Assembly (NCBI GenBank): GCA_944358455.1
Contig: CALVRE010000004.1
Location: 1 to 60,871 of the forward strand
Reading direction: 5' to 3'
Origin: an uncultured Bacilli bacterium
GTDB taxonomy: Bacteria > Bacillota_I > Bacilli_A > RF39 > UBA660
DNA length: 60,871 nucleotides
Shown: positions 58,972 through 60,871 of the stretch, piece by piece
Numbering within the stretch: the stretch's first letter is position 1
Layout: each line of letters opens with the position of its first letter
Position numbers and translations under genes: made by a program
The notes under the pieces: generated by a model
What the model saw: the letters and a program-made list of their open reading frames with translations, nothing else
Database searches by the model: none
Told to the model about the DNA's origin: nothing

Positions 58972-59889
58972 CTAATCTTTTTTTGATATTAGTTTACATT
59001 CGTCAAAAAAGTCAAATGTAACCCCCTTAATAAAACCGTTTTTAATATCGTTTAATAGAATCGTGATCACTTTATCATAATCGACTTCTCCACCACGCAT
59101 AAGGCACCCTCTTCTCTTGCCAATCTGAATAAATACATCCTCGATTTCTTCTACATCAAAATGGGTAACACCATATCGTTCTTCTAAAATAGAAGGAGAA
59201 TGCATCGATAACATTTTCAGAATATAAACAGCAACTTCATCGAGAGGTAAAATTTCTTCCTTGATAGCAGTAAAAGTTGCTAGATTGAAGGCGACGGTTT
59301 CTTCTTCTAATTTCGGCCACAAAATACCAGGTGTATCCAAAAGTTCCAAATCCTCATTGACACGAATCCAATCTAACGATTTGGTCACTCCTGGTTTATT
59401 TCCTACATTCACTACTTTTTTCCCTGCTAAACGATTGATCAAAGTTGATTTTCCAACGTTGGGAATACCGACCACTAAAGCTCTAGCACGACGTTTTCGT
59501 AATCCTTTGGCCAATCTTTTTTCGTTTTCATCGTGCAAAAGTCGTTCCGTCAACGAAATAATTTCTTTTGTCACATTTTTCGTGTCCATCAAATTGACCG
59601 GTAATACACCATATCCTTGTTCCTTATAAAATTGAATCCATTTATTTGTTTCTTTTTCATCACATAAATCATATTTCGTCAAAATCAATAGACGTGGTTT
59701 ATTTTTGATTAATTGATCTAAATCAGGAATCTTAGAAGAATATGGCATACGAGCGTCTAACACTTCAAATACAATATCGATTACATCTAATTTTTCACGA
59801 ATCAGACGTTTTGCTTTTGCCATGTGCCCCGGGTACCAGTTAATACTATTTTTTTGAAAACCTTTTTCTTCATTTGCCATTACAATCAC
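58972..59889 (-). CDS. rbgA: Ribosome biogenesis GTPase A (YlqF/RbgA)
   Basis: Circularly permuted GTPase: INWYPGHMAKA, LTKYDL, then GIPNVGKSTLINRL and DTPGILWP. The true start may be the ATG at 59880. Confidence 0.88.
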   Translation of the reverse strand: MIVMANEEKGFQKNSINWYPGHMAKAKRLIREKLDVIDIVFEVLDARMPYSSKIPDLDQLIKNKPRLLILTKYDLCDEKETNKWIQFYKEQGYGVLPVNLMDTKNVTKEIISLTERLLHDENEKRLAKGLRKRRARALVVGIPNVGKSTLINRLAGKKVVNVGNKPGVTKSLDWIRVNEDLELLDTPGILWPKLEEETVAFNLATFTAIKEEILPLDEVAVYILKMLSMHSPSILEERYGVTHFDVEEIEDVFIQIGKRRGCLMRGGEVDYDKVITILLNDIKNGFIKGVTFDFFDECKLISKKD

Positions 59890-60156
59890 TTCCTTGCATA
59901 AAATCTATTTCATTATATCATACTTTTTAATCAAAAGAAAAAGTAGACATTAATCTACTCTATAAATTACTATTTGTTTTTATTTATTATTCTTTTTTGA
60001 TTTTCTAATTTTACCTCTAAAGTTTTTGAAATTAGCAATAGTATTTAGATGTATTAATCTACATACACTAAATTCTTTTATAAAAACTCTAACTAGTAAT
60101 ATCATTATAAATATCAAAAAAGCCTTTATTTTTTAGTGTTTAATAGGTAATTTGTA

Positions 60157-60453
60157 TTAATATAGTTCTATCCTACATTTATGACCTGAATTATCACAGT
60201 CTAATATTATTTCCAACAAAGTTAAAATAACCTCATTTCCCAAGTCATTTTTACTTTTATCATAATTTACCCACTTAATTAATATAGGTTCTCCAAGGTC
60301 AAACACGCCAAATCCACCTCTTAATAAATCATCAAAAGCTTCGTAGTTATGCCCTGTTTTAAATGATAAATTCTTTGTTAATAACCTATCAATTTCACAA
60401 TAAAATCCTTCCAAATCATCAAAATTGTTTCCATCAACCACAAATTCTTTCAT
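60157..60453 (-). CDS. Barstar-family (RNase inhibitor / immunity-like) protein
   Basis: 98 aa behind an AAGGAG SD. VDGNNFDDLEGFY.EI...L........GHNYEAFDDLLRGG follows the barstar pattern (G.NLDALwD.L.G). Confidence 0.55.
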   Translation of the reverse strand: MKEFVVDGNNFDDLEGFYCEIDRLLTKNLSFKTGHNYEAFDDLLRGGFGVFDLGEPILIKWVNYDKSKNDLGNEVILTLLEIILDCDNSGHKCRIELY

Positions 60454-60520
60454 ATCTTTTCTCCTTCACTTACTATTTAACTTGCTTTACAGACAACAAA
60501 TTATTTATAAAATCTGTTAG

Positions 60521-60695
60521 GGGTTTACCTTGCGGTATCAACTAAAATAGTTTACCTCTTTTTTGAATAAAAATTGATCATTTTTGCTATTTTCTGCTGT
60601 TTATTTGAGAAAATGTGCAAGATCTAAAATCTCACAATCTCTTTATTTGTAAAGATTTCGCAAAAGGGTTTACTAAATCGGTATCAAGCAGTTTA
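60521..60695. repeat. Two copies of an imperfect ~30-nt motif in the barstar leader
   Basis: Unit 1: GGGTTTAC (60521-60528), 4 nt, CGGTATCAA (60533-60541), 7 nt, AGTTTAC. Unit 2: GGGTTTAC (60666-60673), 5 nt, CGGTATCAA (60679-60687), 2 nt, AGTTTA. The units start 145 nt apart. Confidence 0.5.
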
Positions 60696-60727
60696 TATTT
60701 GTCGAATTTTGTCGATTATCCATTTTA

Positions 60728-60871
60728 TCATTCCCTCCTACTAAGCAAATTTAAAGATAAATATCTTTCTTTAGTCATTACATAAGAATAAATTTCCGTT
60801 AACTCATCTAAGAATGTATATTGAATCATTTTAGTTTTTTCTTGTCTTTCAAATCCTAATTTTTCCATAAT
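60728..60871 (-). CDS. 3-prime end of a gene, possibly a GNAT-family acetyltransferase (partial, runs off the window end)
   Basis: Open minus-strand frame from the window edge: IMEKLGFERQEKTKMIQYTFLDELTEIYSYVMTKERYLSLNLLSRRE, with its stop at 60728. The KLGF motif near a C-terminus is GNAT-like. Weak call. Confidence 0.3.
   Translation of the reverse strand: MMEKLGFERQEKTKMIQYTFLDELTEIYSYVMTKERYLSLNLLSRRE

Noticed and set aside
60675-60722. Tiny minus-strand ORF (MDNRQNSTNINCLIP) between the GNAT-like gene and barstar
   Set aside because: Only 15 codons. Its apparent SD is the coding end of the upstream gene. No support as a toxin or leader peptide.
1-60871. CRISPR arrays, IS elements, prophage, integrases, rRNA/tRNA genes, classical defence systems
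   Set aside because: No regularly spaced direct repeats and no transposase, integrase or recombinase-like ORFs. No tRNA-like cloverleaf candidates or rRNA-like GC-rich blocks were seen. Gene content and Bacillus-like synteny indicate a core chromosomal region.

Overview
Visibly AT-rich chromosomal window from a low-GC, endospore-forming Firmicute (Bacillota). The exact lineage cannot be told from sequence alone. I call about 70 protein-coding genes, most on the minus strand and tightly packed, often with overlapping stop and start codons. Content is mainly core housekeeping: nth, dnaD, cca, hup, der, engB, recU-ponA, ftsEX, prfB, nrdDG, gatCAB, trmB, PFOR, sigH-rlmB-mrnC and rbgA. Sporulation genes are interleaved: gerQ-like, spoIVA, spoVIF, yabP-yabQ-divIC, spoVG, veg, yabG, yunB and sspI. 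I found no rRNA, tRNA, CRISPR array, transposase, integrase or recognisable defence genes, so this reads as core rather than accessory DNA. I cannot honestly point to a clear novel multi-gene system. The most interesting signal is in the class III ribonucleotide reductase operon. The 774-aa NrdD ORF stops just after its Zn-ribbon, and the glycyl-radical motif (RRITGY...RVKH) lies in a separate 59-codon ORF with its own Shine-Dalgarno (SD) ribosome-binding site. That ORF sits between nrdD and nrdG and is absent from the supplied ORF track. Secondary observations: (1) a DUF2207 gene broken at an A7 homopolymer next to lemA; (2) an isolated 495-aa pilin-like protein; (3) a GGDEF sensor with a degenerate SGNEF site; (4) an orphan holin-like gene pair; (5) a roughly 545-nt structured non-coding spacer upstream of mrnC; (6) an orphan barstar-like gene preceded by a duplicated about 30-nt motif at the right edge. 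Many track ORFs are antisense or out-of-frame shadows of real genes and were rejected. Several starts were trimmed to the first start codon with a plausible SD.
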